From NCBI RefSeq assembly GCF_006345805.1, contig NW_021832012.1, positions 1-63,588 on the forward strand: DNA of 63,588 nt. Direction: 5' to 3'. The DNA comes from Octopus sinensis. Taxonomy: Eukaryota. The notes below the pieces were generated by a model, which was not told the origin of the DNA, ran no database searches, and was given only the letters and a program-made list of their open reading frames with translations. Positions 35,813 to 49,038 of this stretch are shown here, in pieces. Both the position numbers and the translations under genes were made by a program. Each line of letters begins with the position of its first letter. Within the stretch, counting starts at the first letter, position 1.

Positions 35813-36639
35813 TGTCATCCATCACCGCTTGACAACCGATGATGGCGTGTTTACGTCAAAAGAAAACTGAAAGAAGCCCGTCGTATGTGTGTGTGTGTGT
35901 GTAACCGATGTTGGCATGTTTACGTCCCCGTAACTTAGCGGTTCCTCAAAGTTCCGGGGTCGATTCGTTCGACTAAAGGTGGTGCTCCAGCATGGCCACA
36001 GTCAAATGACTGAAACAAGTAAAAGAATAAAGAAGAAAACGCATCTACACACACACACACACACACCCTCAGTCATTTCTGCGCTTTTGTTCATAAATTG
36101 TTAGGAAAATCCCGTCCGAAAGTTAATCTCTGCCAAAATTTCCGTTTAAAAATATGCATTTTCGAGAGAATTACGAAGAAAGGGAATCAGCGTGGAGGGG
36201 CCAAATTATAGTCATAACCATATATACATGCATAACACACACATACGTGTGTTTGTGTACACATACGGTGACACACATATATGTGTGTGTGTGTGCATGT
36301 ATATATATATATATATATTATATATATATGCAATAAAGGGTGGAATATAATTAATTTAATAAAATCAATCAATTTCACCTAGTAGATTTAACCCTTAATT
36401 ATAATTATATATATATATATATATATTTACAATTGAGGATAAAATCTTTATAAGAAATTATCAGTAGTTAGCGTGAAAAACCTCATAAGAGAAAAAATCC
36501 GTAAATTTTTCCACTTTGAAAATATTTATTTATATTATATAGAGGCTATCTATGAATATAGGTACCCTCTATAATATAATATATATATATATATATATAT
36601 ATAGCGGCGTCCGCCGCTATAGGCATCGCCGATAAGGCT

Positions 36640-37035
36640 CCTTTCCTTGCGCCAGAGAAAAAATTTGTTTGCTTGTTATCAGTCGTAAGACACTTGTTGT
36701 TTTCACCGTTAATGCTTCTGTATTTCATGTTTCTGTATTCCATTATTGTTTTTTGTTTTTTTATATTCGTCCCTTTTGCTGTCCTGGTGTTCGTATGCAT
36801 TCGATCCTTCTTCCAGGAAATCTACGCTCCCAGCTTAGTTTTTCTAATGCTCGTTGCTTAGTTTTTCTTGGAGGGCTGGCCGTGATCTAGTAATCTCAAG
36901 ATTAATCAGCGAAATTACTACGATGATCCGGTTCTTGACTGAAGACTGAGGGTTTCGAATGTCCTGTCCGTGTTTATTGTATCGTCTTCTAAGAGTTATA
37001 CGTTCTTGTCCATGTTGTATTTTTCTACATACCTT
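36640..37035 (+). mobile_element. Repeat family C
   Basis: Homologous to 9690-10035. Confidence 0.65.
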
Positions 37036-37049
37036 AACATAATATATAT

Positions 37050-37087
<38 letters not shown>

Positions 37088-37380
37088 ATGCATGATGTGT
37101 GCATATGTATGTGTGTAAGTGTGGTGTGTATGTGTGTGTATCAAGAGAGTGTGTGAGAGAGATAAGCAGATTTTTATGCATAAAACTATAATTAGGGGAA
37201 AAAAAAAGCGCGCGTTTATCCACGTGTGTATGTCTATGTATGTAAGTATGTGTGTGTGTGTGTGTGTGTTGTGTGTGTGTGTGGGTGTGCGTTGTGTGTG
37301 TATGGTTGTTAGTGTGTGTGTGTTGTATGTGTGGGTTAGTGTGAGTGTGTGTTAGAGTGTGTGGTGTATGCGTGTTTGTG

Positions 37381-37412
<32 letters not shown>

Positions 37413-37986
37413 TTGTGTGTGTATGTGTGTTAGTGTGTGTGTGTTTGTATGTGTGTGTTAGTGTGTATGTGTGTTAGAGTGTGTGTGTGTATGCGTGTGT
37501 GTGTGTGTGTGTGTGGTGTGTGTGTGTTTGCGTAGTAGTACAGTAATATGGTTGCGGTTATCCAGTAGTAAATGAACAAGAAAGATGGCAGTACATGGAA
37601 GCGAAGATGAAGACGGCGGCACAGGCGTCGGCGACGATGGTGCCGGAGGGGGGGGAGGGCGATGTGACGACCATCTGTCAGAAGTCGACAGATGAAGAGT
37701 GGCGGTGGGAGGGAGGGAGGGAGGCAGCACAGCTCAGCCTTGAAGAACACAAGAAGAAGAGAAACACATTTGGACGAAATGTGTCAAAACCACGCAGTAG
37801 GTAATTCAGGTGGGAGAGGTGTGGATGGGGGAGGGGGGTCAGGTGAGCGACGCTGTCCTTTTAGGGGTCAAGTTTGGTGTGACCCCTTTCCCATTAAGCG
37901 TATAAACTTACATTCCCATGTATCAATACTTTGACATGGACCTTGAAAATGTTCTGCTATGAGGGAGTTGATTAAAATTGGTAAAT

Positions 37987-38060
<74 letters not shown>

Positions 38061-38063
38061 GGA

Positions 38064-38096
<33 letters not shown>

Positions 38097-38239
38097 TATC
38101 TATATACCATGCCATATGTATATTCTGATAATGTCATAAGAGTCTCAAATTTCGAGAGAAATGGTTCTTTTTGAGAACGGTGTATCTCGAAGCAGATACA
38201 GCTCTAAGTAATGATACATAAATATTTGGTTAAAAACCC

Positions 38240-38817
38240 GGTACTACTCAAGAAGAGTGGTCCCGGTGCGCGCACTCGCGTACTCGCGCATCTGCGCTAG
38301 CTAGTTGTGACTAGTCCATCCTTTGTATTTTTGTTTTATTTACTGTTTTAAAAAAATTACTTTGTGACGTATATTTGCCATTTAAATATGGCTAACCCCT
38401 AAGGGTGGATGCTACTGTAGTTTGTAGCCCCAGGAGGACACCTCCTCCAGCTGGCTATAGACACACTTTACTTTGTTTTAAAAAAATTATTGGATCTTTT
38501 CTAAAAGATGGTCAGAATTTTCTACTTAACTAAATAATTTGAAACTTCGTATACTGGTAGAATGTGTCAAAAGAAAACATTAATTTCAATTAGTTTTTTT
38601 GAGAAAAATGTATTTTGTAACTTTTACGTAGTTTAACTTTGTGTAAAATTTTACTTTGTTTTAAAAAAATTATTTACTTTGTGTAAAAAAATTATTTATT
38701 TTGTGTTTTACTTTCGTTGTTAGGTAGTCGTTGTAGGATCGACTAGTCACGACTAGCTAGCGCGGCTGCGCGACTACGCGAGTGTGCACACCGGGACCAC
38801 TCTTTTTAAGTAGTACC
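38240..38817. mobile_element. Mutator-like (MULE) non-autonomous element, 578 bp
   Basis: 77-bp TIRs 38240-38316 / 38741-38817 (8 mismatches by eye) and a perfect 9-bp TSD TAAAAACCC at 38231-38239 and 38818-38826. Confidence 0.88.
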
Positions 38818-39299
38818 TAAAAACCCTTTGGAATTGAAAAAGTGGAACTGTCCGCAGAACACGAACCCACATTTATGTTTGTCTATCTCTATCTATAATT
38901 ATCCAGAAAAAATTATCAATAATTCGTGTTTCCTCCCTCCCACCACCACTCTGTTCTTTCTAGCATGCAAGGAGTCCTATGATGGATGCCTCTTATGTGT
39001 TTAAATGTACTCTGTATTTATCGGAATATCTATCTAGCTAGCTAGCTTCATTTTGATGTATGATACATGTTCCTGTGTTGGTAATTATACCTGTCCTAAA
39101 TGAAATGGCATTACTTTTTGACTCACTCTCGTACGTACAAACATACATACATACATACATACATACATACATGTCTCATTTGTACTAAACCTGTATTTAT
39201 ACATGTGTATGTTTTTGTATGTGTGTATATATATGCTTGTCTGTATGTATGCATGTGTTATGCATGTATGCGAGTACGTATGTTTCTGTGTAGTATGTA

Positions 39300-39330
<31 letters not shown>

Positions 39331-39364
39331 GATGCCTTTTTGATGTGTTTTGTTTTTCTTTTTT

Positions 39365-39451
39365 TTCCCTGACGAGATGATTGCATTGTTTTACATCATT
39401 TTATTCCCTCCGGAATAATATCAATGTCTTCTTCGAAACATATGTCGGAAG
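39365..39451 (+). ncRNA. Type-I hammerhead-like motif with a long stem II domain
   Basis: TTCC/GGAA stem I; CTGACGA 39369-75; 59-nt stem II domain including TTATTCC/GGAATAA; GAAA 39435-38; palindrome ACATATGT; GUC 39444-46. Confidence 0.65.
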
Positions 39452-39579
39452 TATAAAGATTTGAATAACACCTGCGTTTGACTCCATTTCTTAATTTATC
39501 TCTATATCTATATATGTAATCAGTATATAAATTAACATATTAAACAAAGTCCAACAAATTCATTCATATTTATGAGATG

Positions 39580-39935
39580 GAGGAGATTCTGGCAAGTAGC
39601 TTGCTTGCCAACCATATGGTTCCAGGTTCAGTCCCAATGTGTGGCACCTTGGGCAAGTCTTTTCTACTACAGCCTCGGGCCGACCAAAGCCTTCTGAAAG
39701 GATTTGGTAGACGGAAACTGAAAGAAGCCCGTTTAAATATATATATATCACCATCGCTTGGCAACCGATACTGGTGTGTTTATGTCCCTGTAACATTGCG
39801 GTTCGGTAAAACAGAGTGATAGAATAAGTACTAGGCTTACAAAGAATAAGTCCTAGGGTCGAGTTCTTCGACTTAAAAGGGTTTTAATGCGGTGTTCCAG
39901 CATGGCCGTAGTCAAGTGGCGACTGAAACAATTGA
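39580..39935 (+). mobile_element. SINE S1 (diverged)
   Basis: Both S1 modules present. Confidence 0.85.
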
Positions 39936-39974
39936 AAAAATGAATATATAGAGAAATAGATGGATATATGTATA

Positions 39975-40203
39975 TGGGTCTGAATGTGTTTGTGTGTGTG
40001 TGTGAGATAGAGAGAGAGTATGTATGTGTGTGTGTGAGAGAGGGTGTGTGTGAGTGAGAGAGTGTGTGTGTGTGAGTGTGTGTTAGAGACGGAGTGTGTG
40101 TGGGAGAGAGTGTATGTGCGTGTGAGAAAGAGAGAGAGAGTGTGTGTGTGTGTGTGAGAGAGAGAAAGAGAGAGAGTGTGTGTGTGAGAGAAAGAGAGAG
40201 AGC

Positions 40204-40238
<35 letters not shown>

Positions 40239-40325
40239 TGTGTGAGAGATAGAGTGTGTGTGTGGGAGAGAGTGTATGTGTGTGTGAGAAACAGAAAGAG
40301 AGAGAGAGTGTGTGTGTGTGTGTGT
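39975..40325. repeat. Alternating (GT)n/(GA)n compound microsatellite
   Basis: Directly visible; source of ORF 39853..40434. Confidence 0.95.
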
Positions 40326-40992
40326 AGGACAGGTATTCGACATAATAAAAGACACAGATATTTGACCCGGGCCCATGTCCAAACATCGTAACACTAAAAG
40401 GATCAACGCCACAAAGGCGAAGCCGGGCAGACAACAGGTAGCGGATTAGATAACGTCATTCATATTTACACAACGCAGAGAAGAAAAATGAAGCCACAAA
40501 CGCAAAGAAAAAGGGCGTCTGTTTTTACATGTTGTATAAATATAAACAAGATATGATATGGTCGCTTATTGTCATATAAGATCTCGTATTGTCTGCCTGT
40601 TGTCTATCGTTTTGTTCGAATGTAGAGATGGGGCAGTTTGGTCGATAGACTGCCCTTAACGAAACTTCATTCAGGCAGCCACCGCAGCCCTTCCGTTTAA
40701 AGTTGCGAGCTTAGGCTAAGTTGCGAGGACGTAAACAAACCAATTCTGGTTCTCAAGTAATGGTGACGTACAAACAGAAATACACGTACATACATGCATA
40801 CATATTTATGTGTGTGTGTATATATATTTATATATGAGGGGCTTCTTTTAGTTTCCTACTACAAAATTCACCCAGAAAGTTTTAATGAACCCGAGGGTAT
40901 ACAGTAAAAGGCACATGCCTTGTGTGCCGTGCAGCGGGATTGAATCCGGAACCATGCCGTTGGGAAGCAAGCCTCTTACCACACAGCTACAT

Positions 40993-41047
<55 letters not shown>

Positions 41048-41079
41048 GTATATATATATAGATATATAGAGAGAGAGAG

Positions 41080-41164
<85 letters not shown>

Positions 41165-41341
41165 TATATTACACGCACACACTCACACATACAAACACTC
41201 ATGCATGCACATACATACATGTGTGTGTGTGTGCATCTTTGTTTCGTATCGCGAGAAACCATCCATACACACGTACACACAAACACAATCCATCCCAGTA
41301 TCGAAAACAGCCATTAAAAGATGACGATGATGATGATGATG

Positions 41342-41766
41342 AGTGGCTGTGTGGTACGTAGCTTGCTTCCCAGCCTCATGGTTCCAGGTTCAGTCCCACT
41401 GTGTGGCACCTTGGGCAAGTGTCATCTACTATAGCCTCTGACCGACCAAAACTTGACTGGATTAAGTAGACGGAAACTAGAAATATATATATATAAACGT
41501 GGAGCAGATGAAACAGGGACAACTGAAGAAGGGGAATATTCTTGATGTTGTATGTCTCGTTTCTCTGTTTTTTTCGTTGTTCAAAGAAAAGTTCGTCTCT
41601 ATGTTTTTGTTTTTATGTTTTCCTTTCTCATCGTGTTCAACGTGTTTTTTTTCATGTCCTGTGCCCATATATGCATGTATATATACATATATATGTAGGG
41701 TATGTACATATATGGTGTATATATGCATATATTTATATATTACTATATTATATTATCATATATATG

Positions 41767-41810
<44 letters not shown>

Positions 41811-42012
41811 ATATGTGTGTGTGTGTGTCTGTATATGATGTGTGCCCCTGTGTCTGTGTTTGCCCCCCACCACCATCGGTTGACAACCGATGTTGGTGTG
41901 TTTATGCCCTCGTAACATAGCGGTTCGGCGAAAAGAGACCGATAGATTAAGCACCATGCTTACAAAGAATAAGTCCTGGGGTCCATATGACTGAAACAAG
42001 TAAAAGAATGAA
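41342..42012 (+). mobile_element. SINE S1 split by an insertion and microsatellites (41342-41480, 41840-42012)
   Basis: Head and 3' module separated by ~360 bp. Confidence 0.75.
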
Positions 42013-42642
42013 AGAATCATATATATATATATATATACACGCACACACACGAGGATACACGTACATACATACATACATACATACATACATACAAACATAC
42101 ATACATACATACAAACATACATACATACACACACACACACAAACATACATACATACATACATACTAACATGCATACATACATACATACATACATACTAAC
42201 ATACATACATACATACATACATACATACTAACATACATACATACATACATACATACATACACACATACATACATACATACATACAAACATACATACATAC
42301 ATACTAACATACATACATACACACACACACAAACATACATTCACACACACACATACATACATACATACACACATACATACATACATACATAGAAAGTAAA
42401 TCTTATTCAACATCTTCGGTGAAATGAAAGCAAATAAGTAAAATGTTTTTAAGAAAGTTATGAAGAACCAAAGTTTGTGATGGCGGCGTCGGCGGTGGTG
42501 GTGGTGGAGGAGGTGGTGGTGGTGAAGGAGGTGGTGGTGGTTGCGATAGCGAATAATGGAGTAGGGGCGCACACTGTTGTAGTTATGCCTACACACACAT
42601 ACACATATATATCTATATCTAAATCTAATCTATATATATATG

Positions 42643-42696
<54 letters not shown>

Positions 42697-42699
42697 TAA

Positions 42700-42925
42700 A
42701 CAGTAAAAATAATTACAGACATGGACAAGAACATGAAACACACCAGAGACGACACAAGAACCACAGGACGGGACATTCGAAGCCCCCAGTCATCAGTCAA
42801 GAACCAGACCATCTTAGCAACCTCGGCTGATTAATCTTGAGATTGCTCCGATATGGGCAGCCCGCCAAGGGAAATCTAAGCCAAGCGCATTAGATCCCCT
42901 GGAAGAAAGCCTCGAATGTATACAA
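42700..42925 (-). mobile_element. Repeat family C, inverted
   Basis: Reverse complement of the 9830-10035 segment. Confidence 0.65.
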
Positions 42926-42931
42926 CACGAG

Positions 42932-43007
<76 letters not shown>

Positions 43008-43229
43008 CATATATATATATATACATTATATATTATATATATGTATGTATGTATATACATATATATATATGTGTGTGTACATATATACTGGAGTAAGCAC
43101 ATAAATGTGAAACAAGGTGGAAAAGAGAATACTCAAATACCAGAGGTAGAGTAATATGCTTTATTAAAAAGCAGCAGAAATATCACAAAAACTGTTACTC
43201 AGAGTTTCACTGTAACTAGCGCAATGAAC

Positions 43230-43233
43230 AGAC

Positions 43234-43312
<79 letters not shown>

Positions 43313-43317
43313 CAGAG

Positions 43318-43368
<51 letters not shown>

Positions 43369-43373
43369 CAGAG

Positions 43374-43443
<70 letters not shown>

Positions 43444-43450
43444 ATAGATA
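43230..43450. repeat. (TAGA)n microsatellite
   Basis: Directly visible. Confidence 0.97.
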
Positions 43451-43684
43451 CAGAGTATGGCTGAGCGTGAGAGAGAGAGACAGAGGGACGAACAGTTATG
43501 TAAACAGAGATAGTTTATAGAACTCTCATTACAAACTTCAAAACATCCACGATGGCTTTACATGCACACACTTTTACGTTGAAAAGCAAGAAGCGTGAAT
43601 TCCTCTCTCTCTCCCCGTAGTACTTTGCTATGGTTAATGTCAATATACAATAAAGATTTATCGGATTATTTGGAAAAATACATA

Positions 43685-43939
43685 CACTAATCCCTCGCCA
43701 TATCGCGGTTCACTTATCGCGGTTTATTATTTAAGCTTACGTCGATTCCTCCATGGTGTTATTTTCCATTTATAATAAAACAAATGGCTCACATGACGGA
43801 GATGTAAACGGAACCCTATATACAAATTGTAAAAATAATTTTAAAAAATATACAGTACAGTGCTGTTTCTACTTCGCGGATTTTTACCTATTGCGGGTGG
43901 CTTTGGAACGTAACAACCGCGATAGTCGAGGGATTATTG
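43685..43939. mobile_element. pogo/Tigger-type MITE (255 bp)
   Basis: TA|CACTAATCCCTCGCCATATCGCGG ... CCGCGATAGTCGAGGGATTATTG|TA; TA TSD. Confidence 0.82.
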
Positions 43940-44065
43940 TATAAGCACACGTGTATATTTGTATAATAAACACACATGCACCCAGGCGTACACACACATG
44001 CACATGCACGCACGATATTACAAAAGCATATACACATACACAAGACAGATGAATGTCTGTATGTA

Positions 44066-44096
<31 letters not shown>

Positions 44097-44248
44097 GTAA
44101 AGGACATGGACGCACACGCCTTTCGGTGTGTGTATATATACACACACTCGCATACGCATATACACACAGGCGCTCAGCGATATATAACAGCTTCCGATAA
44201 CCAGGTCGATATGCGAAATTTGTGATACAGACATACATATGTGTATAT

Positions 44249-44303
<55 letters not shown>

Positions 44304-44308
44304 TATAT

Positions 44309-44377
<69 letters not shown>

Positions 44378-44530
44378 CAGATGACAGACAGAGATAGATG
44401 GATACATACATACTACATACATAAATAGATAGATAGATACATACATACATACAATATTACATACATACATATATACATATAGATAGAGAGAGAGAGAGAC
44501 ATGGAGACAGACAGACAGACAATAGGGAAA

Positions 44531-44565
<35 letters not shown>

Positions 44566-44586
44566 TAGATAGATAGATAGATAGAC

Positions 44587-44644
<58 letters not shown>

Positions 44645-45249
44645 ACCTCGGAATCGGTGGCCTTCGATGTTCCATGCAACAATTTACGCTTCTCAAAACA
44701 AAAGTTTTCCAAAAGTTTCCAATTCCTTTACATTAACCCCACCCTCCCCCCCGTTTCCCTACCTTTATCCTCTCCGGATGAGGTATGGGACTCCGAAAGA
44801 CAGCTATTCCACAACTCCGATGTAATATTATAAATTACACCTCTAATTGAAAAAAGAAGAAAAAAAATTCATATCTATCTCAGACTAAAAAGAAGTTAGG
44901 TGAGTGACTTTACCTTTTGATTAAATACTGATTTTTAAAAAAATAAATAGGGGACAAGAATGATCCCTCCTTACCTTTCAGTTTCTTCTTCCTAGTCGGA
45001 AATTTCGGCAATTTCCAAGGAACAATATTTTCATCCATATAAAAAGGTGGTTTCCTAGGCATGGTTGCAACGCCTCGTTAGTACGTCTCACAGTTAAGAA
45101 TATAGTGTGTTTTTATATTTATAAACAGCGTATGGATGGATACGTCCGGTGATAAACAGATATAGCCGTGTGTATGTGCGTTGATATCGTATGTAAATAT
45201 ATATTTATACTGCGTGTATTAAGTTTCACCTAATAAAAATTCTACTATA

Positions 45250-45520
45250 TATAAATATTATATATATATGTATATAATAACAGATGTAAGTATATCTTTG
45301 TGTATATGGGCGTATGTGTAAATGTATTATTATATATATAAAATATTATGTATATATGTATATAAAAATAGATGTACGTATATCTTTGTGTATATGGGTG
45401 TATGTGTATGTGTATTATATATATATATATATATATAAATATATATATGTATATAAAAATAGATGTACGTATATCTTTGTGTATATGGGCGTATGTGTAT
45501 GTGTATAATATATATATATA
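45250..45520. repeat. Minisatellite, ~88-90 bp x3
   Basis: agatgta(a/c)gtatatctttgtgtatatggg at ~45282, ~45370 and ~45461. Confidence 0.85.
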
Positions 45521-45745
45521 TATATAAATGTGAGTGCGTGCAGGGGAATATCTACAAGGTATGTATCTTAGGTAACAATATATATAGGTGATATATATTT
45601 ATATATGATATAATCACGTGTGTATATATGTATATGTATATTTATGTGAATGAACGCTTAATTCATAAATGTGTATTAATACTACATAATACGTTATCAC
45701 ACTTAGGTGCGTAAGTTATATTATGTATGCGTGTTTGTGTGTGAA

Positions 45746-45788
<43 letters not shown>

Positions 45789-46324
45789 TGTGGTCACTGT
45801 GTATAACAAACAACAACAACAAAAACAACACCTCCAACAGCAACACCAACAACAACAGCAGCAGTGTTGCTCCACTCGGCAGTCAGTGCGCGCTGCAGAA
45901 GAATCAGAAAAAAACTCCCTTTCAACTGGTTTCTTCTTAATTGCTCTAATAACTTTCTTTTCAGCTTCTTTCAACAAACAAAATACCCCTCCGACTCCTC
46001 CTCTTCCTCCTCCGACTCCTACTCTCGCCACAACACTTTTTTTTTGTATTTTTCAATCCTCCTCCTCCTCCTCCTACCTTCTCTCTCTGTCTCTCTCTCT
46101 CCTTGTCTCTCATTCTTTCTCTTTATCTTCGCTTTTTTATTTATTCCCTTCCTCTCAATTGCATTTTGTTCCCCTCCCTTCTCTCTCTCCTCTCTCTCAG
46201 ATCATCTCTTTCTCTTTCTCTTTCTTACTTTCCTTTCTCCTCTGCTTCTCTCTTTCTATCTAATAATTCCCCCCATCCTTATATACTTATATACATAAGT
46301 ATATATATATATATATATTTTTTT

Positions 46325-46523
46325 TTCTTTTACTTGTTTCAGTCATTTGGCTGCGGCCATGCGGGAGCACCGCCTTTAATCGAGCAACTCGACCCCGGGA
46401 CTTATTCTTTTGTAAGCCCAGTACTTATTTTCATCAGTGTCTTTTTGCCGAACCGCGATAACGGGGACATAAACACACCAGCATCGGTTGTCAAGCAATG
46501 CTAGGGGGACACACAAACACACA

Positions 46524-46561
<38 letters not shown>

Positions 46562-46956
46562 TATATACATATATACGACAGGCTTCTTTCAGTTTCCGTC
46601 TACCAAATCCACTCACAAGGCGTTGGTCGGTGCGGGGCTATAGCAGAAGACACTTGCCCAAGATGCCACGCAGTGGGACTGAACCCGGAACCATGTGGTT
46701 GGTTAGCAAGCTACTTACCACACATATATTTTTTTCTATTACTTGTTTCAGTCATTGGACTGCGGCCATGCTGGAGCACCGCCTTTAGTCGAGCAAATCG
46801 ACTCCGGGACTTATTCTTTGTAAGCCCAGTACTTATTCTATCGGTCTCTTTTGCCGAACCGCTAGTGACGGGGACGTAAACACACCAGCATCGGTTGTCA
46901 AGCAATGCTAGGGGGACAAACACAAACACCAATCACACACACACACACACACTCAT

Positions 46957-47023
<67 letters not shown>

Positions 47024-47193
47024 GCATATATACGACAGGCTTCTTTCAGTTTCCCCGTCTACCAAATCCACTCACAGGCATTGGTCAGCCCGGGGCTATA
47101 GCAGAAGACACTTGTCCAAGATGCCACGCAGTGGGACTGAACCCGGAACCATGTGGTTGGTAAGCAAGCTACTTACCAAACAGCCACTCCTGC
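46325..47193 (-). mobile_element. Two head-to-tail SINE S1 copies (46325-46722, 46735-47193)
   Basis: Both modules repeated consecutively. Confidence 0.9.
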
Positions 47194-47244
47194 ATGAGTG
47201 TGTGGTGTTAGTGTGAGCCCCTGTGCATATAATGCTAAAGACAT

Positions 47245-47466
47245 TTCTATCTGTCTGTCTGCTCGTCTATCTTTATATCTATCAATCAAATCTATTTATT
47301 TATTTATCTATTTATCTGTCTGTCTCTCTGTCTATCTGTCTGTCCCTCTCTCTGTCTCTCTTTCTCTCTCCCTTTCTATTTATGTATCTGTATGTCTGTT
47401 TATCTATCTATCTATCTGTCTATCTACTATCTATCTATCTATCTATCTATCTATCTGCCTATCTGC

Positions 47467-47509
<43 letters not shown>

Positions 47510-47719
47510 CCTATCTATTTATGTATCTGTCTCTCTATCTATCTATCCCTCTCTCTCTCTCTCTCTCTCTCTTTATATCTATCTATTTATGTATCTGTCT
47601 CTCTATCTCTCTCTCTCTCTCTCTCTTTCTATCTATCTATTTATGTATCTGTCTCTCTATCTATCTCTCTCTCTCTCTCTCTCTCTTTCTATCTATCTAT
47701 TTATGTATCTGTCTCTCTA

Positions 47720-47766
<47 letters not shown>

Positions 47767-47810
47767 ATCTATCTATTTATGCATCTGTCTCTCTGTCTAT
47801 CTTTCTATCT
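47245..47810. repeat. (CTAT)n/(CT)n array with a ~60-bp higher-order repeat
   Basis: tctatttatgtatctgtctctctatct recurring at ~47515, 47582, 47637 and 47697. Confidence 0.9.
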
Positions 47811-48719
47811 ATGCATGTATAAAATATTGAAATATTTTATTAAAGTATAAATCAAAATATTAAACTATTTTTAGCCAGCAGCAGCAGTAGCAGCAGGTGT
47901 GGCCGTTTGGGTAAACCTCTTGCTCCCCAACTGTAAGGTCTTGGTTTCAGTCCCACTGTGCAGCACCTTCAACTTCGATTATGTCCCCGTTCGTCCAAAT
48001 CCTTCCAACTATTTCCGATAAACTGAAAGAAGCTCGTCGTATATTCTTTTACTTCTGTCAGTCATTTTGACTGCCGCCATGCTGGAGCACCGCCTTGAAG
48101 GTTTTTAGTCGAACAAACCGACCCCAGGACTCGTTTCTTAAAACTAGTACTTATGTAATCGGTAACTTTTGCGGCGGGGAGGTGGCGGTGGGGGAGTGGT
48201 TGTGGGGGCTGTAGTAATGGTGGGGGTGGAGCGATAGTAGCGGTGGTGGTGGTGGTGGTGGTGTTACTGTTATTAAATGTTGTTAGTGCTACAGTTGCTA
48301 TTAATGTTATAATTACTGTTGTTGTTCATGTTGTTGTGGTTGTGCTATTGTTGCTGTTGTTGTTATTGTTGTAACGTAATCGACCAAATAGTTCAGCCTA
48401 CCAGATATAATGTACGTGGGACAGGATTACTTCCTGGTACACTGTGCCTCATTGACATGCTGCTGTCATTGCTGTTGTTGTTGATGATGATGTTTAACCC
48501 CTGGCTAGCTCTGGTAGAGAAGATCTGTGTTCAAAGCCATCCCAACCTCGACTGTTCTATATTTTTCCAACATACAATTAAGTCAAAAGTAGTAATTCTA
48601 TCACTGATGACATCCCAACACAGGATTGAAACTTGTCCGGCTAATCCTTTTTTTTTTCCTGTCCACGGAGATAACACTTATTAAAGCAGGCTATAAAAAA
48701 AGGTAAGGATAAAAGAGTA

Positions 48720-48980
48720 AAGACCCTATTCGGTCATGAATGACCGCGAGGTTGTTTCATGGAATGCCAGTACTCACCCATGCATACCAGCTTCCCTTCT
48801 CAACGATGTTATGCAAGGGAAAGGAAAAGGGGCCGATACAGCTTGGCATCAGTGACGTCGCAACTCATTTCTACAACTAAGTGAACTAGAGCAACTGGAA
48901 AATAAAGTGTCTTGCTCAGGAACACAACACACAGCTCGGTCTGGGAATCGAACTCAGTACCTCATGACTGTGAGCCCAAC
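48720..48980 (-). mobile_element. tRNA-derived SINE (S3-related)
   Basis: gtgacgtcgcaactcatttcta...aaataaagtgtcttgctc...gggaatcgaactc; same family at 53150-53490 and 49710-49815. Confidence 0.8.
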
Positions 48981-49038
48981 GACCTACCCACTGAACCCCG
49001 ATAATGCTTACATTACTAGAGCTATTTTCAATTCGTAA

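Noticed and set aside
38339-38700. Repeat-spacer pattern as a CRISPR array
   Set aside because: Eukaryotic context, only two unequal long 'spacers' derived from local TEs, AT-rich non-palindromic repeat, no cas genes; reported instead as MULE cargo
44770-44810. CGGATGA...GAAA GACAG CTA hammerhead-like string
   Set aside because: U4 changed and stem I arms do not pair
45800-45870. Poly-Q ORF (KQQQQKQHLQQQHQQQQQQ)
   Set aside because: Embedded between a (GT)n repeat and a pyrimidine tract, with no downstream domain; CAA tracts are common in this DNA
48596-48645. CTGATGA-CATCC...GGATT-GAAA-CTT-GTC hammerhead-like string
   Set aside because: No stem I complementarity, mismatched 10.1/11.1, non-palindromic stem III; resembles a SINE B-box remnant
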